Numbered from the stretch's first letter, positions 44,254 through 53,464 are shown. The stretch is 64,000 nt of DNA from Alphaproteobacteria bacterium (GCA_965261735.1 OZ253470.1:1184001-1248000), one strand, 5' to 3'. Notes: generated by a model not told the origin, from the sequence alone. Made by a program: numbers and translations.

Positions 44254-45315
44254 TCACGCGGCCGTTTCCGCAGCCGCGACAATAAGAAGGACACCGTAGA
44301 GAACCAGAAATACGGCGTCCTTAACCGCCGGAACGAGCTGTTTTTCCGCCCGATTGACGGCGATTAGGGCGATGGCCTCAAGAACAAAAAAGACTCCCGA
44401 CAAGAAGAAGAACGGCCATATGCTGCGCCACCAGGACAGCTCTTCCGCTTGGGGCACCTCTTGTACCCATCTCGATATCAGCAATAAGAGGGGCAACACC
44501 ATCAAGTAGCCGTACGCCACAAGGAAGCGAAACCGCGTGAGCTTCCGGTCCAGTATCCAGAACGTAAAGAAGAAAAGAACGACGTGGAGAAAATCCCAAA
44601 AGAGCGACGCATATTGATCGCTCTCGGTGACCTGCAACAGGTTGAGGAACCCAAGTAGAAGCAGAAAGACGATGCCGTCGCAGAATAGCCATTCGCGCAC
44701 CGTCTCGCCGGCGCTCTTCATGCTCCAGGCGCGGGTCGCCTTGTCGAACAGCAGCACCACGCCGACCGCCACGCTGGCCGGATAGATTAGATGGAGCATC
44801 AGCGCGTACTGCTGCGCCCTCGGGACGTAGATCCAGTTGAGCAGCAGGAAGGCGAGCCCCAGGGCCAGTAGTCCCAAGAGGCGCGCTCCGGCAGGAGTCT
44901 CGAATTCCGACGGCGTGGCCGGGGTTTCGCCGTCTGCCGCCGCTACCGCTCGCGGCTGCCGAGGCAGGCGGGCGAAAAGAAAGACAACGAAGGCCGCGAG
45001 CCCGACCGCGCCGACGACCGACATTGCAACGATGAAGACGACCGATCGCCGGCCCGTCCGCCAATCCGTTGCCGCCAGCTGCTCTTGCACGCCCGGAAGG
45101 AACTGCCAGAGCGCCAGCAGGACGACGACCAGGAGCAGGATCGCCGCCAATAGGAGCTCGTACCATTGTGGCGTGTATCCGCCGACCGGTCTGCCGGCCT
45201 CCGGCTGCTGTGATCGGCCTAGGTAACGAGTAACGAGGAAAACGAGGAAGGCCGCGACGGCAACCGCCGCGATGGCGATCATGACCTCGAGGAAGGCAAC
45301 CGATCTGCTATCCAC
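44254..45315 (-). CDS. Hypothetical polytopic membrane protein (~10 TM)
   Basis: Repeated hydrophobic helices; internal duplication near the N-terminus; co-oriented behind hyuB copy 2. Confidence 0.8.
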   Translation of the reverse strand: MDSRSVAFLEVMIAIAAVAVAAFLVFLVTRYLGRSQQPEAGRPVGGYTPQWYELLLAAILLLVVVLLALWQFLPGVQEQLAATDWRTGRRSVVFIVAMSVVGAVGLAAFVVFLFARLPRQPRAVAAADGETPATPSEFETPAGARLLGLLALGLAFLLLNWIYVPRAQQYALMLHLIYPASVAVGVVLLFDKATRAWSMKSAGETVREWLFCDGIVFLLLLGFLNLLQVTESDQYASLFWDFLHVVLFFFTFWILDRKLTRFRFLVAYGYLMVLPLLLLISRWVQEVPQAEELSWWRSIWPFFFLSGVFFVLEAIALIAVNRAEKQLVPAVKDAVFLVLYGVLLIVAAAETAA

Positions 45316-45432
45316 CTTGTACCCGGGGGCTCATGTGAACGCGGCCCTGCGATCCCACGATTGCGGCGGCGCGGCGCAGCCGCACGGTCCGCCGAAAACA
45401 GCCGGCGACACGTGCCAGCGCCCGCATGCGCG

Positions 45433-47673
45433 CTAGCGAGACCGCAATCGCTGGGTCTCCTCCGAATTCAGGGTGTCAGCGACCGGATCGATGGCGACTC
45501 CGTAAACATCTCGGGCGATCTCTATTGTTATGTAGTCGTCCAGATAATCGCCCAGCACCATCGCCGGATCACGCGCTTTAGGATCGCCGTAGCCACCGCC
45601 GGAGGGCGCCGTGATTTGGATCAGATCGCCAGCTTCCATCTTATATCCGGTGACCTTGGAGGGCCAGTTCTGCTCTTCTGCCGTGCCCGGGTTCTTAACG
45701 AGCTTGCCCGTGTGGCCTTCCGTCCCACCGAAGACGCCGTGCGGCTTTTCCAGGTGGCGGTCCGCCTCACACGAGATGTAACCCGGTGCGAGGAACCGGT
45801 TCTCGCGCACGATGCCGATGCCGCCGCGCCACTGGCCGGCGGCCGGAGGATCGGGCCGCAACTCGTAGCGCTCGTTGCGGATCGGATAGTGCATGTCGAG
45901 CTCTTCGACCGGATTGTTGCGCGTGTTGGCCATAAGGTTGTCGACGCTGTCCATGCCGTCCTTGCCGTGTCGGCCGCCGTAACTCCCCTCGTCGACCTCC
46001 AGATAAACCCAGTATTGCTGTTTCTCGGGAATGAACCCGCTGTAGGAGATGAAATAGAGCGACGCGGAATTGCCCCCGGTCGCCCTTTCCGGGATGACCG
46101 GCGACAGCGCGTGAATGACGCAGTCCAGCACCCTCTGAATCTGGGCGAAGCGTGAAAAGCAGGCGCGCGGAAAGTTTGGATTGAAGATCGTGCCCTTGGG
46201 GGCAATGACGTTGACCGGGCGGAAGATGCCCTCGTTTTGCGGGATGAACTCCTCGAAGGTCACTTCGTCCAGCATTAGGGTACGAACGATGTAGTTGCAA
46301 GCGACCACGAGACTGCCCTCGAAGGGCACGTTGAAGCCGGTCTCCACCTCGGCCGCCGACCCGGTGAGGTCGATGGTGATGTCGCTGCCCTTGACACGCA
46401 CGGTGACGTTGACCTTCAGCGGCGTATCGCGGTTTTTCCCGTCGTCATCCAGCCAGCCCTCGGAGTGGTACTCACCGTCGGGAACCTTTTCGATCTCGGC
46501 GCGCAGCATTCTTTCCGAGTAGTCCATCCAATAGTTTGCCGTGCCCATGACGGTGTCCGCGCCGTATTTCCCGACGAGCCGCAGAAAACGCTCGCGTCCG
46601 ATTTCCACCGCCGCGATCATCGCCTCGATATCCGAGGTATCCATGTCGGGGGTGCGCACGTTGTCCTTGAGGAGTTGCCAGACCTCCTCGTTACGGGTTC
46701 CGCGGTCGTACAACTTGATGGCGTTGAAGAGCTTGGACTCGGCGTAGACGTCGACCACGTCGACATTGATGCCGGGGGCGGCGCCGCCCATGTCGAGCAG
46801 GTGCGCGGTGCAGGCGGAGAACCCCAATAGCCCGCCGTCATGAACGATGGGCACGATCACGGCCACGTCGGGCGTATGCGAGGCGCCGTAATAGGGGTGG
46901 TTGTGGATGATGACGTCGCCCTCGTGGATGTTGCCGGCCAACCGTTTCAGGATGCCTCTGATGTACCAGGGAAGAGAACCGATGTGCATCGGCGTGCTCT
47001 CGCTCTCGCAGAGCTCATTCCCTTCCATGTCGAAAATGCCGCAACCCAGGTCCTCCGACTCGCGAATGATGCTCGAGTAGGACATTCGGTAAAGGACGTG
47101 GGCCATCTCCTTGGCGATGGCGTTGAAGGCGCCGCCCACCACGCGAAGCGTGACTGGGTCGAGGTCCTGATATGAAAAGTCGGTAATCTTCGATGGCGCC
47201 GGACGGCCAGTCAGCGCCACCGCGGTCGAAACTGGCTCGGAGTCGGCCTGTCGCAACGCTGGCAGCTGGGGCGCGGGCGCCGGCCGCAGAGCCTCCGCCG
47301 CCGGTTCCGTTGCCTCGGGCGGGGAGGCTACCGGAGCGTCCGTTGTGGCCGGTAGCCCCGGTCGCGGCCGGACCGTGTCCGGCGGCGCGGCGCCCCGCCC
47401 GGTATCGACGAGCGTCATTGCGCACTGGAGGAGGCTGTCGTCGGAGGCGACCTCGAGCTGCTCGCCCAGCGACAGACCACCGCGCCCGTTGGCCGTTCCC
47501 GATTTTCGCACCTGGGCGCCGTCCGCCCGCAGCTCGCCTTCCACTTCCACGCCGTCGCCACGCAGGTGGTGGTTGATAATGTCGAAACTCCAACCGTCGC
47601 CGTAGGCGTCGCGGAGTGCCTTGACGACGGCGGGGACGGTTGTTGGTCCCGTCGTACTTGGCGCGTCATTCAT
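45433..47673 (-). CDS. Hydantoinase/oxoprolinase B subunit, copy 2, with ~165-aa N-terminal extension
   Basis: Catalytic part from LDPVTLRVVGGA; SSIIRESED, NHPY.G.SH.PD, AHLLDMGG, GGGYGDP. Confidence 0.93.
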   Translation of the reverse strand: MNDAPSTTGPTTVPAVVKALRDAYGDGWSFDIINHHLRGDGVEVEGELRADGAQVRKSGTANGRGGLSLGEQLEVASDDSLLQCAMTLVDTGRGAAPPDTVRPRPGLPATTDAPVASPPEATEPAAEALRPAPAPQLPALRQADSEPVSTAVALTGRPAPSKITDFSYQDLDPVTLRVVGGAFNAIAKEMAHVLYRMSYSSIIRESEDLGCGIFDMEGNELCESESTPMHIGSLPWYIRGILKRLAGNIHEGDVIIHNHPYYGASHTPDVAVIVPIVHDGGLLGFSACTAHLLDMGGAAPGINVDVVDVYAESKLFNAIKLYDRGTRNEEVWQLLKDNVRTPDMDTSDIEAMIAAVEIGRERFLRLVGKYGADTVMGTANYWMDYSERMLRAEIEKVPDGEYHSEGWLDDDGKNRDTPLKVNVTVRVKGSDITIDLTGSAAEVETGFNVPFEGSLVVACNYIVRTLMLDEVTFEEFIPQNEGIFRPVNVIAPKGTIFNPNFPRACFSRFAQIQRVLDCVIHALSPVIPERATGGNSASLYFISYSGFIPEKQQYWVYLEVDEGSYGGRHGKDGMDSVDNLMANTRNNPVEELDMHYPIRNERYELRPDPPAAGQWRGGIGIVRENRFLAPGYISCEADRHLEKPHGVFGGTEGHTGKLVKNPGTAEEQNWPSKVTGYKMEAGDLIQITAPSGGGYGDPKARDPAMVLGDYLDDYITIEIARDVYGVAIDPVADTLNSEETQRLRSR

Positions 47674-47685
47674 CGCCGGGCCCCG

Positions 47686-49764
47686 TTAGTGCAGTTTGAT
47701 GAGAAGGTTGCCGTGAGAGTCTACCTCCGCAAGCAGCTCCGGCAAAATGAGGGTCGTGGTGTCCGCTTGCTCGACGATGGCGGGCCCCTGGATCACATTG
47801 CCCCTCTTCAGACGCCGCCGGTCGTAGATAGGTGTGGAGACACTCGCGGGGCGCCCGCCGTCATCAAAAACGACGCTGCGACGCGCCGTCAACGCATCGG
47901 CGTCCGGTTCGCGCGAGCCCGCCGGTAGCTCCGCGGTACGAAGCTCCGGGATCTTGCCGAGGCCGATCACCCGGATGTTCACCAGCTCGACGTCCTTGTC
48001 CTCGAAATGCCGGCCATATTCACGTTCATGCGTGCGGTGGAACTCCGCAATCAACTGTTCGATAAAACCAGCGTCCACGTTACCGGCGGGGGCGTCGACC
48101 CGCAGCTCGTATCCCTGCCCGTGATAGCGGCACTCCGCGACCCTCAGGAACATCCGGTCCTGTCGTCCGGTGTTGTCGCTGTCCAGCTGCCTCGCGGCCA
48201 GCTGCTCGAGCTGCGCGTAGTCCTCGGCGATTGGGCCGAGGTCCGGTTTGCTCAGGAGCTGCAGCTGGGTGCGGCTGAAATCGTAGGACAGATCGGTGGC
48301 CAGCAGGCCGAGGGCGGACGTAAGGCCCGGACTAGGTGGCACGATCACCAAGGGAATCGCTAGTTCCAACGCCACCTCGCAGGCCTGTAGGGGCCCGGCC
48401 CCGCCAAACGCCACCAGGGCGAACTCGCGCGGGTCGTACCCCTTGCGCACGCTGTTCATCTCGATCGACTGGATCATGCCGTGGTTGAGGATCTTGATCG
48501 CCCCGAGCGCCGCCTCCTCCACCGACATGGCGAGTTGGGCGCACAGGTGTTTCTCGATACCCTGGCGCGACAGGTCGAACCGGAGCCCCATCTTGCCGCC
48601 GAGGAAGTTGTCCGGATTGAGCCTCCCCAGTACGGCGTTACAATCGGTCGACGTGGGTAGCTCACCCCCTCTGTCATAACAGCAGGGACCGGGTAGCGCC
48701 CCGGCGCTTCTCGGCCCGACTCGAAACACGCCGCCCTTGTCGACATAGGCGATCGAGCCGCCTCCGGCGCCGATGGTGTCGATATCCACCATGGGGACCA
48801 TGGCCTGGTAGTCACCAATCTTCGTGTCGAGCAGATGCTTCATGCTCATCCGGCCGTCGGGCGCCACGCCGATGTCGGCCGAGGTCCCCCCCACGTCCAG
48901 GGTGATCGCATTCTTGTACCCGGCCAGACCGCTGGCCCAGATGCCTCCGATCAACCCGGCGACGGGTCCCGACATCAGCAGCGTCACGGGCCGGCGAGTC
49001 GCGCCCTGAGCAGTGGCAACCCCCCCGTTGGCCTGCATCAGATGCAGGTCCGAACGGAACTGCTCCTGCTTCATGGCGCGGTTCAAATTGTCCACGTAGG
49101 TCGCGGTCTTCGGCCCGACGTAGGCATTGAGACAGGTCGTGGTGAAGCGCTCATATTCCCTGTACTGGGGTATCACCTCGTGACTGAGCGACAGAAACAC
49201 CTCGGGCCATTCCTCGCGGATGATCTCTCCGGCCCGCTTTTCGTGGGCCGGATTGAGGAAGGAGAACATGAAGCAGACCGCGACCGCCTCGACGCCCGCG
49301 CGCTTGAGCTTACGGATGGCCTCGCGCACGCCCTCCTCGTCAAGGGGAACGAGCACCTCGCCATCCGGAGCGATGATGCGCTCCTTGACGGTCAGGCGAT
49401 AACGTCGCCTGACCAACGGATATTTCTGCCAGGGCAGATCCTGCTGGATGCTGAAGTTGTAAGGGCGCTTGTGGCGGGCGATGTGGAGGATGTCCCGGTA
49501 ACCCTCGGTGGTGATGAGCCCCGCCTTCGCTCCGTCGTGTTGCAGGATGATGTTGGTCGCGATGGTGGTGCCGTGGAAGAACTGCTCCACGTCGGAGGGA
49601 GCGACGCCGGCGCTCTCGCAGATCTCTAGTGCCCCGCCAATGGTACCGATCGAGGGGTCATCCGGGGTGGTGGGAACCTTGTTGAGGTCTATCGTCCCCT
49701 TCTCGTCGTTGACGAGTACGAGGTCGGTGAACGTTCCCCCGACATCCACGCCCATCCGAATCAA
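47686..49764 (-). CDS. Hydantoinase/oxoprolinase A subunit, copy 2 (N-methylhydantoinase A-like)
   Basis: GVDVGGTFTD, HGTTIATN, SGPVAG, DVGGTSAD, GAGGGSIA, AFGGAGPL. Confidence 0.93.
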   Translation of the reverse strand: MIRMGVDVGGTFTDLVLVNDEKGTIDLNKVPTTPDDPSIGTIGGALEICESAGVAPSDVEQFFHGTTIATNIILQHDGAKAGLITTEGYRDILHIARHKRPYNFSIQQDLPWQKYPLVRRRYRLTVKERIIAPDGEVLVPLDEEGVREAIRKLKRAGVEAVAVCFMFSFLNPAHEKRAGEIIREEWPEVFLSLSHEVIPQYREYERFTTTCLNAYVGPKTATYVDNLNRAMKQEQFRSDLHLMQANGGVATAQGATRRPVTLLMSGPVAGLIGGIWASGLAGYKNAITLDVGGTSADIGVAPDGRMSMKHLLDTKIGDYQAMVPMVDIDTIGAGGGSIAYVDKGGVFRVGPRSAGALPGPCCYDRGGELPTSTDCNAVLGRLNPDNFLGGKMGLRFDLSRQGIEKHLCAQLAMSVEEAALGAIKILNHGMIQSIEMNSVRKGYDPREFALVAFGGAGPLQACEVALELAIPLVIVPPSPGLTSALGLLATDLSYDFSRTQLQLLSKPDLGPIAEDYAQLEQLAARQLDSDNTGRQDRMFLRVAECRYHGQGYELRVDAPAGNVDAGFIEQLIAEFHRTHEREYGRHFEDKDVELVNIRVIGLGKIPELRTAELPAGSREPDADALTARRSVVFDDGGRPASVSTPIYDRRRLKRGNVIQGPAIVEQADTTTLILPELLAEVDSHGNLLIKLH

Positions 49765-49818
49765 GTCAAGCCCCCGTTCGCCTGTAACGGTGCATGCGCA
49801 GTCGGCGCCGTCGCGGAT

Positions 49819-50505
49819 TCAAGCACCGGTTTCCACCTTGGCCTGACCGAGGTAGTCGAGCACCCGCTCGAGGGGCTCCACGTCGCCGAACTTCGCGTCA
49901 ATGTCGAAGAGGTTCCAGTCGACGACGCCGGCCACCCGGTCGCCCACCGCCTCGCGGACGACAATCGGCCGGAACCCCTCGGCGATCGCATCTTCGGTCG
50001 TGTGGCGGACGCACGCGCTGACGGTCGTACCGGTGATGATGACCGTATCCACCCCGGCCGCCCTCAGGAAGCCGGCGAGATAGGTGCCGTGAAAGGCGCT
50101 GGCCCGCTTCTTGACGATAACATGCTCGCCGGCCTGCGGCGCGATGCGCTCGTCGATGGCAACGCCCTCGGTGCCGAGCTTCAAGACGGCCAGCGGAATC
50201 TTGAGATGCCACAGGCCCATGTCGGTATTCGGCCCTTCGGTGACGGCATAGGCGGTGGTCGTGTAGACGATGGGAATGCGCTTGGCGCGCGCCGCCGCCA
50301 GCAGCTTCTGGACGCTCGGAATGATCACGTCCATGCCGTCGCAACTGAACGCGTTGCCGGGGCGCGTCCAGGCGTTCGCGAGATCGATATTGATGAGCGC
50401 GGGCCATTCGCCAAAGCCAATTCGGCGCTGGAATCCCCGCTTCTTGTAGAGGTCGGAATCGGCGGAGAAGACCCGGCTCAGGGCCTTGCTAAGCTCTTCG
50501 TCCAT
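49819..50505 (-). CDS. Isochorismatase-family hydrolase, N-carbamoylsarcosine amidase-like
   Basis: RIGFG..PALINIDLANAWT, KKRASAFHGT, SACVRHT.EDA, NLFDIDAKFGDV. Confidence 0.88.
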   Translation of the reverse strand: MDEELSKALSRVFSADSDLYKKRGFQRRIGFGEWPALINIDLANAWTRPGNAFSCDGMDVIIPSVQKLLAAARAKRIPIVYTTTAYAVTEGPNTDMGLWHLKIPLAVLKLGTEGVAIDERIAPQAGEHVIVKKRASAFHGTYLAGFLRAAGVDTVIITGTTVSACVRHTTEDAIAEGFRPIVVREAVGDRVAGVVDWNLFDIDAKFGDVEPLERVLDYLGQAKVETGA

Positions 50506-50615
50506 AGTGAAACGAAGCTACCACCGACCAATCGGGGTGTCGATTTGGATTTGCGAGCCGTGGTACGGGGAGTTGTCGGGGCGGCCCGGTGGCCGCAACC
50601 GCGTTCGGCCTTGCC

Positions 50616-51030
50616 CTATTCCGGCGGGGTGACCCCCGTCTGTTCGGTGATGATCTTGTAGTGCTCGATCCGCCGATGGACGGCGAAATTGAACATGGCG
50701 TCCTGTGCGCGCACGCAGAGGTCCAGATCGCAGCGGGCGGCGATCAGCTCGTCCCCTTTGGTGGCGGCCTGAGCGACGATCTCGCCCGACGGCGCGGCGA
50801 TGATGGAGCCACCGATCAGGTCGCAGCCCTTCCTCGATGCCCGCCTTGGCCACGCCCACCACCCAGGCACCGTTCTGATAGGTGCCCGCCTGCATGCACA
50901 GATGATTGTGGAAGGCCGTGAGGTCGCTATAGATCGGCTCCCACGGCATGTTCGCTGGCGTGTTGTAGCCGAGAAGCACGACTTCCGCCCCCTTGAGCGC
51001 CAGCACCCGATATGTCTCCGGCCAGCGCCG
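50616..51030 (-). pseudogene. N-carbamoyl-D-amino-acid amidohydrolase (nitrilase superfamily), C-terminal half only, frameshift ~50828
   Basis: RRWPETYRVLALKGAEVVLLGYNTP...MQAGTYQNG.WVVGVAKAG.EEG / IAAPSGEIVA...FNFAVHRRIEHY; catalytic residues lost at the IS junction. Confidence 0.88.
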
Positions 51031-51526
51031 TCCACCGATCCTGTCTTGGTTGGGCCGCACCATGCCCGAGCGGAGCTTGTGGAGAATTTGAAAGGCCGTC
51101 TCGTAGCGCGAAAGACCAAGTTGCCGCTGAAACTGCACGGCGGACATGCCGGGCGTCTGACTGGCGACCAGATAAGCGGCCCAGAACCAGACGTTCAGCG
51201 GAGTGTGGCTACGCTCCATCACTGTTCCCACCGTCAGCCCGGTGTTCTGGCGGCACTTGCGGCAGCGCAGGACGCCAGGGCGGTTTTCAAAGTGGAACGG
51301 CTCTCCCGCCGTGCCGCAGTGCGGGCAGGCAAAGCCGTCTCCCCAGCGGGCTTTCTCCAGGTAGGCGGCGCAGGCCGCATCATCGGGGAAAAGTCGCTGG
51401 AACTCGGGTAGCGAATGCGGGAATGGGAGATCGGCGCGGTCGAGAACATCCATGGCGCGCTCCCCTATATCCGGGTTGCGCCCATTCTAGCCCTAGTGGG
51501 TGTGGGTGTAAACCGGATAGGTAAGG
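51030..51526 (-). mobile_element. IS1595 copy 3, 5' half only
   Basis: Matches copy 1 from the upstream IR (one mismatch) to ...QDRIGG. Confidence 0.92.
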
Positions 51527-51841
51527 ATTGTATTATTTGGAATAAGTGGATTCGTTTCACTTGGGTTCATGATCGGCACTATTGACTTTCATAAACCAAT
51601 TTTTCTGTCGGTATATTGGGAGCACCTTCGGATATCTGGTCCTGGCTATTGTGTTGTGGCTCCTCGCAATCAGGCTTTTTCTGACCGAATTCAAATATTA
51701 TGATTAGGAGCTGTTCCCGAACCAGGCGCTCAACGACCACTGGAGGAATGGAATTTGGGGGTCGATACTTGTAGGTCGCTAAATCTGCAGCTTCGGTAGC
51801 GTAATGGCCGTAAGTGGACCCTCGGTCTATGAGTGCACCCC

Positions 51842-52687
51842 CTAGTCGCGCAGCAGCTCGTTGACCGAGGTCTTGGCGCGCGTCCCGGCATCGACCTGCT
51901 TGACGATGACCGCGCAGTAAAGGTTCGGGCCGGGGCTGCCGTCGGCGAGCGGCTTGCCCGGGAGGCTGCCCGGTACGACGACCGAGTAGGCCGGCACCAG
52001 GCCGTAGTGGATCTCGCCGCTGGTGCGGTCGACGATCTTGGTCGAGGCGCCGATATAGACGCCCATCGAGAGCACCGCGCCGGTTTCCACGATCACCCCC
52101 TCGGCGACCTCGGAGCGCGCGCCGATGAAGCAGTCGTCCTCGACGATGACCGGCCCCGCCTGCAGCGGCTCGAGCACGCCGCCGATGCCGGCGCCGCCTG
52201 AGATGTGGCAGTTCTTGCCGATCTGGGCGCAGCTTCCCACGGTCGCCCAGGTATCGATCATGGTTCCGGCATCGACGTAGGCGCCGAGGTTGACGAAGCT
52301 CGGCATGAGCACGACGCCGGGCGCGATGTAGGCGGAATGGCGCACCACGCAGCTCGGCACGGCGCGAAAGCCCGCGGCGCGGAAGCGCGCCTCGTCCCAG
52401 TTGGCGAACTTCGACGCCACCTTGTCGAACCACGGCGTGTTGGCGCCGGGGCCGCCGGGAATCGTGGCCATGTCGTTGAGACGAAACGACAGCATGACGG
52501 CCTTCTTGAGCCACTGATGGACCCGCCACACCCCGCTCACCCTCTCGGCCACGCGCGCGGTTCCCGAATCGAGGGCCTCGAGCGCCTCGGCCACCGCGTC
52601 GCGGACCTCTCCCGTCGTCTTCGCGGTGACCTGGTCGCGCCTGTCCCAGGCGGCTTCGATCACGGGCGCAAGTTGCTCGGCCGGCAT
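51842..52687 (-). CDS. dapD: Tetrahydrodipicolinate N-succinyltransferase
   Basis: [55 protein letters not shown]. Confidence 0.96.
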   Translation of the reverse strand: MPAEQLAPVIEAAWDRRDQVTAKTTGEVRDAVAEALEALDSGTARVAERVSGVWRVHQWLKKAVMLSFRLNDMATIPGGPGANTPWFDKVASKFANWDEARFRAAGFRAVPSCVVRHSAYIAPGVVLMPSFVNLGAYVDAGTMIDTWATVGSCAQIGKNCHISGGAGIGGVLEPLQAGPVIVEDDCFIGARSEVAEGVIVETGAVLSMGVYIGASTKIVDRTSGEIHYGLVPAYSVVVPGSLPGKPLADGSPGPNLYCAVIVKQVDAGTRAKTSVNELLRD

Positions 52688-52750
52688 CGCTGGCCCCTCC
52701 GCTTCTCCTGTCACGAAACTCGCGCGACCATAATCCGGGGCGCCGCGCTG

Positions 52751-53464
52751 TCAACCGCGCTCGGCCGCCGCTTCCTCGCCCGTCAGGGCCTCGAGCCAGG
52801 CCGCCAGGTCGTCGGCAACGTAGTGCACGTGCGCGCCGTCGGAGCCTTCCTTGGCGCTGTCGCGGTCGTTCGCGACCCAGACCGTCGTCATTCCAAGCGC
52901 GGCCGCGGGCTCCAGGTTGCGGGCGATGTCCTCGACCATGGCGGCGGCGCGAGGATCGACGTCGTGGCGCTCAATTAGCCTCCGATAAGTCTCGGGGTAA
53001 GGTTTTGCCAGGTAGTCTGCGGCTTCGATGTCGAAAACGGCTTCGAAGTGGGAGCGCACGCCGAGGCGCGCCAAGATGCGTTCGGCGTGCGCCGTCGAGG
53101 CGCTGGTAAAGACGAGCTTGCGGCCCGGGAGCTTGTCGAGGGCGCTGTGCAAACGCTCGTCGACCGGCATGTGACCAAGGTCGATGTCATGAACATAGTC
53201 GAGGAAGGTCGTCGGATCGGTGTCATGATGCAGCATCATGCCGCGCAGGGTGTTGCCGTAGCGCCCGAAATAGTCGCGCCGCACGGCGCGGGCGGCGGCG
53301 GGTTCGACACCGGTGGCGGCGGCGGCGAACGCGCTGATGCGGGCGTCGATCTGCGCAAAAAGGTCCCAATGGGCGGGGTAGAGCGTGTTGTCGAGGTCGA
53401 ACAGCCAGACCTCGACATGGGCGAGCGCCTGGCCCGAAGGCGCCGCGCGACTGGCCGTGGGCAT
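52751..53464 (-). CDS. Pyrimidine 5'-nucleotidase (HAD superfamily)
   Basis: WLFDLDNTLYP, YG.TLRG, KP, MVEDIARNL..A..LGMTTV; directly upstream of dapD. Confidence 0.9.
   Translation of the reverse strand: MPTASRAAPSGQALAHVEVWLFDLDNTLYPAHWDLFAQIDARISAFAAAATGVEPAAARAVRRDYFGRYGNTLRGMMLHHDTDPTTFLDYVHDIDLGHMPVDERLHSALDKLPGRKLVFTSASTAHAERILARLGVRSHFEAVFDIEAADYLAKPYPETYRRLIERHDVDPRAAAMVEDIARNLEPAAALGMTTVWVANDRDSAKEGSDGAHVHYVADDLAAWLEALTGEEAAAERG

Noticed and set aside
25000-50500. Classical BMC or encapsulin locus to explain the leader peptides
   Set aside because: No ORF with recognisable BMC-H/BMC-P or HK97-fold encapsulin motifs in the window. Such genes elsewhere in the genome cannot be excluded.
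50440-50505. N-terminal helix of amidase 2 (MDEELSKALSRVF...) as a fourth leader
   Set aside because: Does not fit the leader register and resembles the normal N-terminus of N-carbamoylsarcosine amidase-like enzymes.
51527-51841. AT-richer stretch with an open frame downstream of dapD
   Set aside because: No start/RBS or recognisable motif; probably a foreign remnant, not called as a gene.
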